Assembly (NCBI GenBank): GCA_964016885.1
Contig: OZ024740.1
Span: 59,520,001 to 59,584,000 of the forward strand
Length of the DNA: 64,000 bases
Direction: 5' to 3'
From: Eledone cirrhosa
Lineage: Eukaryota
In this document: in pieces, positions 20,766-32,972 of the stretch
Numbering within the stretch: the stretch's first letter is position 1
Layout: each line of letters begins with the position of its first letter
Translations under genes and position numbers: made by a program
The notes under the pieces: model-generated
Told to the model about the DNA's origin: nothing
Database searches by the model: none
What the model saw: the letters and a program-made list of their open reading frames with translations, nothing else

Positions 20766-23700
20766 TCACAGGTTGTCCTATTTGAAGCAAATCTAGGTCA
20801 GATGACCATGTCTTGCTCATACAGAACTGATTCTGGCTTGATTTCTACAGCTGGATGCCCTTCTTAACACCAGCCACATTTACAGTGAGTGTTGGGTGAT
20901 TTTAGTCATGACACTTAGATGATCACTTTACAGTGTGGGCAGGGGATTTTGGTGGGAATGGTGTGTGGGGATTAGGGAAGTGGGTATATGGGAGTGTGTG
21001 AAAGGGGGAATGAAGGTGAAGGTGGTGCATACCAGATATATATATATACGTATATATGAAAAGATTCAGGACCCCGACGGCTGAGCTCTGGCTGTTTAGA
21101 TCCAAACTAAAGCACCAGTATTCAAATGATGGGAATCTAACTGAACTTATCAAGAGGTATAATCCATATATGGGCAGACAGTCAAAGCAAAAAATTGCAT
21201 GTGCATTTGTTTGCCTCTCGCTCCTTGCATTTGACATTGCTGGCAATGAAGTTTGTTTATGTCTTGCATAAATGAAAGTCCTATAGCTCAGCGATTAGAT
21301 GTGCAAAGTTCTGTACTTTACTTAAAAAGCACATGAGGGTTGGCATCAATTAAGGCATCCAACTGTGAAATTATGCCTCAAAAAAGTCTCAGCCAACCCA
21401 TGCTAACATGGAAAAACAATGCTGCTGCTGATGTTGATCTTTATTCTAATATAGTTTATACTTGACACATTATAGAAATCTCTCAACATTGCCATTGAAA
21501 TTTTATTATATAAATCTAAACTGGTGTTTTAATACTTGAATAGTAATGTGTATATGTTTTAACAGTATATTTTCTGGATTAGAACTTAATGCCTAAAGTA
21601 AAGCAAATAAATAGAATTAGATTTACATTTACCATTTTTAGTGGATTTCTTGAATTGAATATAGAATTGTTACAATTGTAGAATTATTATTATATACAAG
21701 AAATATAAGTGCAATATAAAATAAAGAAAGAATTCACATTTTGTTTAGATTCTTTGTTATAGGATGGAATATAAACATACTGGAATATAAGACTAACCAG
21801 TTTCCTTATAAAATATCAAAAACATATATTGATCAATAAATATTTGTTTTTTCTTCATTATTAAATGCAAATATGAATGGTTATTTATTGTTGTTTCTGA
21901 AGCATTATTTCTCCCTATAGAAATTTACACTTTGTCTAAGTGCAATCAAAGAAATACCTCTCAAGGTTATATTGATGGAATATAATTATATGACTTTTCA
22001 ATTGATAAAGAACAGTAACAATAAATTCTCCAAGTTCGTACAGTATTCAAATAATTATAATATAAATTGTGTGTTCAGTAGATATTTTCTTAGCAAACAG
22101 AAGAGATATGCAATTGATTTTAGCAAAAATTGTGCTTATAATAATTAAATATTTGACACCATCTAACATGTATTGATATATTAAATATCAAACTTTTTCG
22201 TTACTACATAATAATCTATAACATAGCAGCTATTCAATTAATGAATATATTTTATTGCTGCACAATTTTAAATCTCATTATAATCATAGATATACAAAAA
22301 AATCAGCTGGTTGATGCTGGAATACCTTTTATCATAGGTTGGCTCAATCAGAGCTGATCTGGGTTAAACAACAAACCAAAAGCAGCTGCAATATATACAA
22401 GTTCAGTAATGCAGAGTTCATAGGTGAATAATGATACTGTGAACATCTTGAAGTTTGCAACAACGTTCAAGGATTCGCCAACATTTCAGACCACATCTAG
22501 ATCACATATAAATCATTTCATAACTGCAAACACAAAGACAAGCATGTCAACTTCACCTTTGGAATGCCTGTGTCTGTTAGTATCAACAACTTAAACCTTA
22601 AACATACACAAATCATACAAAGATAAATCCATATATCAATTTACATGAATAGTTCCACTGAAATCATTATCATCATCATTGTTGTTTTAATGCCCACTTT
22701 CCCTGTTAGCAAGGGTTGAAATCTTTCTGTTATTTGAACATAACACTATATTGCATCATTTGGTTCTTCCTATATGCCAATGTTCATTGATTTCTCTCCA
22801 GTCTTAACCCACAGCCACCACAATATATATATATGTATACATTTCAGCATCTATCTATAACTCATATTGTTGTCCAGTCTACATTTTATATTCAGACTTC
22901 TTTCCATAAGAGGTGTCTGCCTTTAAATGAATTAAACTTTCAAACCACTCATCTTTTTTACTTAGATGTTAACAGTTGTTGTATAACCCATATCAGCCAC
23001 AATCTAACTGTTGTTGTTTAACCTATGTCAACCATAATACAATAGTTGTTGATTAACTAAAGTCAATTCTGATCCAGTATACCTGTGATCAAATGCATTC
23101 CAGCTATAACCACCCTGTCTTACCGAGGATTTCATTATTTAATATGTTCTTTCTAAGGGAATTCTTAAAAGTGAAACAACAGTATATCTGCTTATCTGGA
23201 TGAATATCTCTCTTCTTTATCTACTATTTCTACTCCTTACCAAATTCCTCCAACCCCAGCAGTTTGACTATCTCACACCATACATAAGAAGATCCACATT
23301 CCCACCACTTCTTTGTATACACCTGACCTCCATGTATACAACTATTCTAGTCACTTACACACCCCTCCATTGATGTGGTGTAGAGCCTGGATTGTGGATT
23401 GTTTGCTATTTCTTGAATAGCCTGCCTATCCACAATCAAGATGTCTTTGGAAATAATACATCTGTAGGTAAAGCAATCTAACTTTCACTTTCTAGCATTC
23501 AAAAACTGTCTTTTCTCTATTCTCTTCTATGACTACAACAAATGTTGTTACTGTTCCTTTCAACTAGCTAGTTGTGTATTAACTTTAGTATACATATTTA
23601 ATCCAACTCAACTCAAGCAGAATCTTAGAGAAAAATAAAGAAATGTGGAAAAATTACATGTTAGGAATCAGTAAAGAGGAGGGGAAAAAATTGTCAATGG

Positions 23701-23816
23701 ATAAGAGGGCAAACAAAAGTATTAGACATTGTAAAATATATTAAGAGAAAATAGAAGTGTATTGAGTATTTGCCACAAACAAAGGAAAACAAATGAGCAA
23801 AGCTATGCACAGGAAC

Positions 23817-24115
23817 AGGAGGGCTGGATTTAATTCTTTTTATTTTGTGGCAAAGGAGGCAAATGGCCCGGACCCCCTGTAGTGTGGGGTCACTCCCCAC
23901 CCCCGACCATAGCAACTTATTTGTGCCCTCAGCTGGGCTTTTTAGGTTTAGGCTGGTTAGAATTTTTGAATTTAATACCTGTATGTATAACTTTTCAATT
24001 CCAATTACATGTGTCAAGCTAACTTTGATATGTAAATTGATGGGGTTTGCTATGTATTCTAATTTTTATTTTGTGTATGAGCCCCCCCCCCCCCCCCATT
24101 TCTAAATCCAACCCT
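23817..24115. mobile_element. Probable hAT-type MITE
   Basis: Imperfect TIRs agggctggattta / taaatccaaccctg with GC-rich subterminal runs; TSD unclear. Confidence 0.5.
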
Positions 24116-27100
24116 GCACAGTATGAAGACTAAAGGTGCCAGGTTCAACTTGTCAAAGAAAGAGAATGAGATGGAGAAGTGAGATCGATAAGATTATGGA
24201 TGCTATATGTATGAGAACATTGACCCATGTCAATCATAATCCAATTGGTATCTGCTTAGGGAGGCCTTTGCTGAGAATAATAATGATAAAAGTCAAACGA
24301 TTCATTATGTACATTGCTATTAGTCTTGTCTAAGAGAAGCTAATAAAACTGCATGAGCTGCTTCTTGATTAACTAATAATAAAATTGTCAGTCTACGATC
24401 ACAACTTAAACAGATATATTCTTGTTATATATGAATTTATCAATTTGATATTTTTTAATCATCTTCTAGTAGTGTCAACATATGTTACATTCCATAGTAT
24501 TTTCTTAAGATTTTGTAACTAAAATGCACCCAGTCCACTCTGTAAAGTAAGAGTGCTGGTGCCATGAAAAAATGTATCCAGTCCACACTGTAAATCATCA
24601 TTCATTTTCCTTGTGAGTAAGAGTTGGACATCTCACAGACAAGTCAGTACTCAAACAAAGCCACTGATTTTTAGGTGGCTTGGTTGCATGTATCCTGCTT
24701 ACATACATTCCCATGCTCATAGGCAGAATTAGAAAGGACATCCAGCAGTAGAAACCAAGCCAAACTAGGATGTATGAGAAAGTTGTGATCTTATAACCAG
24801 TCTAGTCTCAGAACATGACAACCTGTCCAACCCATGCCAACATGGAACACACTAACCAATGAACATGGCTTAGTGGGTAGTGTATTTGATACATGATTAC
24901 AATGTCATAAATTCAATTCTCTGACCAGACGCTGTGCTTTGTTCTTGAGCAAAACACTATTTCATGTTGCCCCAGTTGCTCAGCTGGCAAAAATGAGTTT
25001 TACATTATCTGTAATTCAAAGGGCCAACTGTGTCATGCTGAATCTCCCTGAAAACTATGTTAAGGAGGGTGTACATGTCTGTAAAATGCTCAGCCACCTA
25101 CCTGTTGATTTCACGAACTGTCAATTTTTTTATTGTTTCAAACAACTGAAACACTCATCATTAGAGCCGACAAATGTCCAACAATACATATCATCATCAT
25201 CATCATCATTTTACGTCCGCTTTTCCCTGCTTGCAAGAGTGGGACAGGAACTGATTCTGGCTTGATTTCTACAGATGGATGCCCTTCCTAAACCAACCTC
25301 ATTTACAGTGAGTGCTGGGTGCTTTTTTGCCGTGGCACCTCCCCGACCACTTTGCAGTGGAATGATAGGGACCCCAGTCCCTATCATCTCATTTCTACAG
25401 CTGAGTAAACTGGAGCAATGTGAAATAAAGTGTCTTGCTCAAGGAAACAACACATCACCCAGTCTGAGAATTGAACTCACAACCTTTCGATTGCAAGGCC
25501 AATGCTCTAACCACTGAGCCATGTGCCTTCACATACACATATATATATGTAAATTCAAACACATTTATACACACATTAACACCAACTCATGCATGTCCTC
25601 AAACACATACGTGCATAGAGACATACAAACACACACATATATATTATCAACATTTTACATCTGCTTTTTATGATGTCATTGGTTAGATGGATAATCATAC
25701 TGAGTAACCTCATCTTGTTCATATGTTCCATATTTGGCATGGATTCTATGGCTGGAAATCCTTCCTTACACCACCTTACAACCTCTCCTGAGCACTCAAT
25801 GGAACGTGAGACTGAACAGAAGCATGACATAGATCCCTGGCTTGCTTGGGAGATCAGTGACTCCGCATCAGTCCAACTCTTGCTAGCAGGGAAACATGTT
25901 AAAATGACAATGATGATGATGATGACAATGATATATAACCACACTTAAAGTGGTCATGATGGCATCCTGGCAAAAAGCACCCAGCCAACACTGTAAAGTG
26001 GTCATATAGGTATCATGACAAAAAGCACCCAGTCTGTACTGTAAAGTGGTCATGTATGTGTCACAACAAAAAGCACCCAGTACTCACTGTAAATGAGGTT
26101 GGCATTAGCTTTAGAAACCAAGCCAAAAGCAGTCTGTATGAGCAAGACAAGGTTACCTGACCTGGCATTTCTCACAATAGGACAACTCGTCTAACCCATG
26201 CTAGCATGGAAAAATCGACCTTAAACGGTGATGATGATGATAATGATATATATATATATACATATAAACGCTCATGTAAGAAGGAATATGAAGGGTTATT
26301 TGTTAAAATATATAAATTTACATGAAACTGAAATAGTTAAAGGAAGACTTTGAAAGTTATATCTCATTGAAATCTTAGAAATATAAACCTCAAAGAAAGC
26401 TGATGTTGGTTAAAAACGTATGGAAATATACCTTTCTCTAGATCCAACCATATAGGTTTTGTTAATTATTTACATTTGTATGCTTGCCTTATCTCATTTA
26501 TCATCAGAACTGTTGTACTAAACTCTTTGGAAAACTTAATCTAATCTTAATATCAAAACTACAGATATAATTATAGAATATAGAGAAATATTTCCAAGAG
26601 TTTTCCTTTGAAAACATCAAAAGATTAGAAATATATGTTACCATCTAGTTACCAATTATGAACATTATGTTTTAAATTAATGGTGTTGTATAATTTTTGA
26701 ATGCATTTTCTTGTTCTATTATCATAAACAGTATTTCATTTTTGTTAGAATTGAAGTTCTGCAAGCTTTGCAGTAAGAATTATCTTGTAACTGTCAATGA
26801 TAAAATTTAATCTAACTAAACTCAAATGATTCATTATGTACATTGTTATTAGTCCTGTCTAAGAGAAGCTAATAAAACAGTATGGGTTGCTTCTTGACCT
26901 CAGGATAACTAATAAAAAAAATGTCAGTCTACGATCACAACTTAAACAGATATATTCTTGCTATATATGAGTTTATTGATTTGATATTTATGAACGATCT
27001 TCCAGTAGTGTCAACATGTGTCAAATCCTATATTATTAGAGTATTTTTGTGAGAATTTTGAACTATTAACTTCATCTATCATGTTTCAAATATCTACATA

Positions 27101-27997
27101 ATATTGTCTCAGTTTAATCTCTGACACTCCAGGTGACTATATATCAATCATCATTTTATATTAACGACATGCACTACAAACTATATAAGTAATGATTAAA
27201 ATCCTTGTGTCTTGTTATTGAAGTAGAAATTACAGCCTTGTTAACATATTTGCTCATACAAAAGCCTTGAAGTAAACAATATACTTAGTTTTGCCATGTA
27301 GTGTTATGATGAATGATTGATCAAGGCTTTTGATTGTTGAAGTACCAATATAAAGCTGACAATGTGAAAAGGAGGAATCCACCTGGTTCAGTCCAATAAC
27401 TTTCAATGGTTACCTAAGATACATCTATAGTCATGGCAAAACTGAGTCTGACAGGAAACTGAAACCTTGCAATTCAAATGGCAAACCAAATAGTTTCAGT
27501 GGTATTCTAGGAATGAAACAACTGTCACCAGCAAATTTTCCTGAGATGATTATAAGGAACATCATATATTTAATAGAGCCATGTATCATTGCAAGATTTT
27601 GATGAATCTAGATTACGAAGTAGCATAATTGATGCTGAAAGCTTTAGCATCAAATTGTGTGAAAGGGTTCCTGCTGGTTTGAAACCTTTCAGAAACTCAG
27701 TTTTGATGCAAGACGCAATTTATTTCAACAATGCAATGATTCACAGTAATTACTTTTGTTTAGGATATCATTTCTTTCATCATGTCCATGTAATGGTAAT
27801 TTTTGTTTACTGACTATTTTAAATATTGTCTATTTTCTTCAATGAATTTATTATGCTGTTCCTTTTCAACACTTACAGATTCACTAATAACAGTTATTAT
27901 GTCACACTCACCTAATATTTTTACATATTTGTAATTATCTAAATCACTAATATACATAGAATGATGTTTACAGTCACTCAGAATATAAAATTAGCAT

Positions 27998-28446
27998 CCA
28001 ATCTACACTGTAAAGTGGTCATGTTGGTGTCATAACAAAAAGTACCCAATCTACACTGTAAAGTGGTCATGTTGGTGTCATAACAAAAAGTACCCAGTCT
28101 ATGTTGTAAAGTGGACATGTTGGTGTCATAACAAAAAGTACCCAGTCTATGTTGTAAAGTGGTCATGTTGGTGTCATAACAAAAAGTACCCAGTCTATGT
28201 TGTAAAGTGGACATGTTGGTGTCATAACAAAAAGTACCCAGTCTATGTTGTAAAGTGGACATGTTGGTGTCATAACAAAAAGTACCCAGTCTATGTTGTA
28301 AAGTGGACATGTTGGTGTCATAACAAAAAGTACCCAGTCTATGTTGTAAAGTGGTCATGTTGATGTCATAACAAAAAGTACCCAGTCTATGTTGTAAAGT
28401 GGTCATGTTGGTGTCATAACAAAAAGCGCCCAGTCCACACTGTAAA
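27998..28446 (+). repeat. 48-bp minisatellite (about 9 units) expanded inside an RTE-3'-UTR-type element
   Basis: Unit aaagtggtcatgttggtgtcataacaaaaagtacccagtctatgttgt, period 48; runs into gaaaggacatccagctgtagaaac and an (ATG)n tail at about 28610. Confidence 0.92.
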
Positions 28447-29876
28447 TATGGTAGACTTTAGAAAGGACATCCAGCTGTAGAAACTAAGGCAGAAATGGTT
28501 CTGTATGAGCAAGACATGGTCACCTGATCTGGCTTGTCTTACAACAGGACAATCAGAAAAAAACCCAAGCTAGTGTGAAAAAATGGACATTAAATGATGA
28601 TGATGATGATCATCATCATCATCAGTGCAAGATTGACCTGATTTAGGTTAGAAAAGCAAAGATGGCCAATAGTAGAGTTTTTCTTTTTATTTAGTTGCAC
28701 AATCAACCAATCTGTTCATACAAACTGATTGGAAATGAATGCATGCCAGCCTTAGTTTTCAGTAGAAGAGTAAGGCAGCTTGATTTGATAATTTCTCACC
28801 TTTCAGCCATATTCCTTTGTCTAAATGAATTTTCTTTTAGTTCCATTACTATATCATTTTCCATTGTCAATAAATTTATATATATTTTATTAACAGTCCT
28901 AGTGAGGCTGGTGGAAGGTGGTTCCCTGATTAAAATGCTAAGAAGAGAAACCAAACAATGCCTGGAAAAAGCCCTCAACAACAACAAAACCACCACAATC
29001 ATCAACAACATGACTACCAATACTATCATCAACACTAGTACAACCTACACAACCATCACTGCTACTATCATCAACACCAACAATACCTCTACCACCATCA
29101 CCAACAACAAAAACAATAACACCTCTCCTTCCCAACATCCCACTGCTATCACCAACAATAATATCACTATCAACATCATCATTAACAGTAAAACAAATAC
29201 AACCAATACCACTGGATCTACCAACCCACTAACACTTTAATGACCAACAAGACAGCAGTAATAGTATCAACAAAATAGCAACAGGCTCTGTAGTTACATA
29301 TGTTGTATATCAACACAATGGAATAGGGTATGCCATGTGCTGCATGTATGGGAGTGGGAGTGAGTGAGTGAATGTGTGAGTGAGTGAGTGAATGAGTGTA
29401 TCAGATAGAGTGAGTGCGTGTGAATGAATGTGTGAGTGAGTGAGATAGAGTGAGTGCGTGTGAGTGAATGTGTGATTGAGTGTGAGATAGAGAGAGTGAG
29501 ATAGAGTGAGTGTGTGTGAGTGAACGTGTAAGTGAGTGTGGGATAGATTGTGTGAGATAGAGCTACCCAAATTAACAGCAGTCAGAAAAAAGCCTCTTCC
29601 CCCCAAAATCAAAGCTCATGAATGTGGCTCTGAAATAGCTAACTAGGCACCCCTTCAAACTGCATAGGTGCTTTTTTTAACAAGGCAACAAATTTATAAA
29701 ATTATTAATTATATCCTAATAATTTGTATCATAGGTAGAAGATTTAGGAGTGGATTAGGTTTATGAAAGACATACAAGACTGTCCAAAACTTTAAACTTT
29801 AAACCTTTAGCATTTACATTACTCTATATTTACTATTATATTTTCACAGTAAAGCCTTTACCTTACATAATTATCT

Positions 29877-32800
29877 GGGACATCTAGATCGTATTTAGAT
29901 AGGTTCTTCATTAGAGAAAGGGACAAGGATATGTTAAGCTGTCCACGAATGCACATGGTTGCCTATTCAGATCACAAGTTAGTCGTCTGCTTAGTCAACC
30001 GTGATAGAATACATAGACAGGGTCCCGGATACTGGAAGCTGAATGTGTCGTTGCCGGTACGTAAAGCTTACAGTGAACGGATAAGTAAACTAGTCAAGCA
30101 ACAGTTAACGGGAGCCATCGTCAACAATAGATGGTGGTACTCTCTCAAGAAAGCAATTAGAATAGAATCGATAGGGTATAGCAGAGAGTTAGCCTTAGAG
30201 AAAAACAGAATAGAAAGAGAACTAGTAGCCAAGGTAGAGGAGGCACTTAGAAGTGGCAACGCGGCTAGAGTGTTAGCGTCGAGAACGGCACTGGACCAGT
30301 TCTTCGATGCGAAACACGAAGGCTGCGTGGTCAGAAGCAAAACACGTGCTCTAGGAAACGAAGGAGCGAAAGCTGTCAGCTGGGCCCGAGTGGCGGAGGC
30401 AAAAAGTGGCAACAAGTCCACGATTCGGTCTTTGAAAGACCAAAACGGACGCGTGCTACTTGACCCCAAGCAAATGTGCGCGGCCTTTCAGCGGCACTTT
30501 GCGCGACTGTTTGAGCAGAACGACGGTGAGCCGAACGGGGAAATGGACTTTAGTTCATACCTCGACGGCCTGCCGCGTCTCTCGAACACGGACGCCGAGT
30601 TCTGCGAAAGACCGATCACGGACACTGAGATACGGGACGCTCTGGGCCGCTGCGGGAAACGCAAGTCACCCGGTCTAGATGGTCTACCCTACGAATTTTA
30701 CATAGGCATGCCGGACTTGTTCTCTGGCGTCCTCGAAGCCGTCTACTGCAATTGGCAGCAGAACGGGAGAATTCCCAGTTCTGCAGGCAAGGGCGTAGTA
30801 ACGCTGATCAGGAAAGACGAGAACAAGGGGGACGAAATTAACAACTTCAGGCCCATAACTCTGCTCAACACAGAGTTAAAGATTTTGGCCAAGGTGCTAG
30901 CGACGAGGTTGGCGCTTGTCGTCGAGAACCTGGTAGGGAAAGCGCAAACGTGTGCAATCCCGACCAGGTCCATACACGACAACCTCCACCTCATGCGATA
31001 CATCATAGAGAGGGTGGGTAGTAAACCCGGCTTCGGTGGGGCTCTGATCAACTTGGATCAGTCTAAGGCATTCGATAGGGTCGACCATCGATACTTGGAA
31101 GCGGTTCTCAAGGCGGCCGGTTTCGGTCCCGTGTTCAGAGGATGGATCGAGGCGATGCACACCAGCATCTGCTCGAGGGTCAAGGTGAACGGCTACCTAT
31201 CGGAGCCGTTCGCAATCACGCGTTCCATTCGACAGGGATGCCCTCTCTCCTCCATTCTGTATGTATTGACTCTAGAGCCACTACTGCGGAAATTGGAGCT
31301 GTTGCAGGGCATCCCCCTAGAACCGGGACTGCGCAAAGCGGCGTCGGCTTATGCCGACGACGTGACAGTAATGGTGTCGAGCACCTCGGAAATCGGGGTG
31401 ATCGGCAACATACTGAAAGAATACGAAACGCTGACGGGAGCAAAACTAAACCCAGACAAGTCTGTCGGTTTGCAACTCGGTACGTGGAGAGGCAAACCGA
31501 TGACATCCGACAGCGTCGTTGGACGCTGGACGGACGGACCGGTGAAATTGCTCGGGGTCTGGTTCGGTCCAGACCTCCAGGTGGAGAAAAACTGGAACGA
31601 GGTCACGGCCAAGGTGTTTGCACTCACTCAGAAGTGGGCAGAGTGCAAACTGTCCTTGAAAGGTCGAGCGGAGGTGGCGAACACTTTCATAGCGTCCGTC
31701 ATCTACTACCGCTTGACTGTCGTGCCTTGTCCCCGTGAACACCTCGCCAAGATGGAACGCATGCTCTTCCAGTTTCTGTGGAAGAAGCAGGCTCCGCTGG
31801 TGAGGAGATCCGTCTGCTGTCAGCACCCTTCCAACGGAGGGCTGGGAATGCCGTGGCTGATGATGCGCAAACATGCGCTGAGGCTGCGGCATCTCCAGGT
31901 ATTCCTCACCGACCCCCAACCGGTGTGGGCACCGTTTGTGAGACAGGCTTTCCCACAGCTCGTCTCGCTAACGGAGCTGCAGTCCTGGGTGAAGAAAAGA
32001 CCGAAAACGATGGGCGCCTGGCACATTGAATGCGCTCAGGCGCTCACAGTCCTCTGGCAAGCGGGCGCAGCAATCAGTGGATACTCCACTTCGACATTCT
32101 ATAGAGGGATTGTACGTTACAAGGGCGACGACGTGCTCGGAGAGACTCTGGGCGTCGAAGACGATGAGCTCACCAGTATGTTTGGTAGGACTTTCCGCCC
32201 GGGACCTATGGACAACTTCCAGAGGTCCCTGGCCTGGCAGTGCTACCGAGGAGCTCTACCGGTTCGTGACAAGATCTACAGGCACGGACGCCCTGGCAGG
32301 GATCCTTCCAAGAGGACGTGTCCAAGATGTGCGCAGGACATTGAAACAGTTCTGCACGCAATTGTACACTGCCCGGGCGTAAGCGACCTGTGGAACTATG
32401 CAGAACAACTGCTGTCGCGTATGGGACAAATACAGTTGACTGCCGAATCCATAGTAAGGATCAAACCGCCAGACTCTTTCAAAAACGAAAGAGAGGCGGT
32501 TTTCCTCTGTACGGTGGCTATGGTGAAAGAAGTTATATGGTGGACGAGGTTGAGAGGACTGAGGACAGATGCCTTTCTCTCCGGACAACAATTGATTCCA
32601 TTCTTTAAGTATCACTTTAGAAGGAGAATCAGGGTGGAGAGAGAGGCACTGCACCCCAGTAAATTTACTGAAAGGTGGGTGAATGAAGCGAAAATGGCCC
32701 GAGTGATTGGGCCTTCTCTGTTTATAAGCCTGTAGGTTGAGGAAGAGAGCAAAAGGAAGAAAGGAGCACTTGCACAACACGCTCCTTGAGTTGAGGGTTG

Positions 32801-32972
32801 TTCTATCGACGGGGTATTAAACAACCCCTTTGTGGCGCCTCTCCCCTATTGGGGATTTCGATTGTTGAAATTGTTTGTTTTTATATTTTTTACACGACTG
32901 TATGTAAAATCCCCGGCATGTCTTTGTATTGTCCCCTTTCTTGTTGCGCCTTTGTGGCTAATAAAGAAATCA
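29877..32972 (+). mobile_element. Young 5'-truncated Tx1/L1-clade LINE
   Basis: Truncated inside the APE domain (SYLDR...SDH); uninterrupted RT and C-terminal CCHC; 3' UTR with aataaa at 32960; GC- and CpG-rich. Confidence 0.92.
29931..32735 (+). CDS. L1/Tx1 ORF2 (end of endonuclease + RT + CCHC zinc knuckle); frame open from 29877
   Basis: GPGYWKLN, KSPGLDGLPYEFY, FRPITLLN, LDQSKAFDRV, RQGCPLS, YADD, GGLG, CPRC..ETVLHAIVHC. Confidence 0.93.
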   Translation: MLSCPRMHMVAYSDHKLVVCLVNRDRIHRQGPGYWKLNVSLPVRKAYSERISKLVKQQLTGAIVNNRWWYSLKKAIRIESIGYSRELALEKNRIERELVAKVEEALRSGNAARVLASRTALDQFFDAKHEGCVVRSKTRALGNEGAKAVSWARVAEAKSGNKSTIRSLKDQNGRVLLDPKQMCAAFQRHFARLFEQNDGEPNGEMDFSSYLDGLPRLSNTDAEFCERPITDTEIRDALGRCGKRKSPGLDGLPYEFYIGMPDLFSGVLEAVYCNWQQNGRIPSSAGKGVVTLIRKDENKGDEINNFRPITLLNTELKILAKVLATRLALVVENLVGKAQTCAIPTRSIHDNLHLMRYIIERVGSKPGFGGALINLDQSKAFDRVDHRYLEAVLKAAGFGPVFRGWIEAMHTSICSRVKVNGYLSEPFAITRSIRQGCPLSSILYVLTLEPLLRKLELLQGIPLEPGLRKAASAYADDVTVMVSSTSEIGVIGNILKEYETLTGAKLNPDKSVGLQLGTWRGKPMTSDSVVGRWTDGPVKLLGVWFGPDLQVEKNWNEVTAKVFALTQKWAECKLSLKGRAEVANTFIASVIYYRLTVVPCPREHLAKMERMLFQFLWKKQAPLVRRSVCCQHPSNGGLGMPWLMMRKHALRLRHLQVFLTDPQPVWAPFVRQAFPQLVSLTELQSWVKKRPKTMGAWHIECAQALTVLWQAGAAISGYSTSTFYRGIVRYKGDDVLGETLGVEDDELTSMFGRTFRPGPMDNFQRSLAWQCYRGALPVRDKIYRHGRPGRDPSKRTCPRCAQDIETVLHAIVHCPGVSDLWNYAEQLLSRMGQIQLTAESIVRIKPPDSFKNEREAVFLCTVAMVKEVIWWTRLRGLRTDAFLSGQQLIPFFKYHFRRRIRVEREALHPSKFTERWVNEAKMARVIGPSLFISL

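Larger units (their letters stand above)
19600..27900 (+). pseudogene. Dispersed, heavily decayed leucine-rich-repeat gene remnants interrupted by TEs (cluster 1)
   Basis: Hand-translated fragments: LQEYCLHNKITTV (~19745), IFSGFLELN (~21635), AIKEIPLK (~21942), KLIKLHELLLD/TNNKIVSL (~24336), FQEFSFENIKRLEI (~26590), LQDFDESRLRSSIIDAESFS (27589). Many stops and frameshifts. Confidence 0.42.

Noticed and set aside
27540-27720. TIR domain remnant (YHC.DFD)
   Set aside because: It needs a frameshift and reads equally well as an LRR unit; not supportable by eye.
27998-28446. CRISPR-like array or a 142-aa repeat protein
   Set aside because: The units are contiguous with no unique spacers and derive from a retroelement 3' UTR module; there are no cas genes.
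29877-32972. Bacterial or horizontally transferred GC-rich insert
   Set aside because: The ORF has L1/Tx1 ORF2 motifs and a polyA signal; composition alone does not show transfer.
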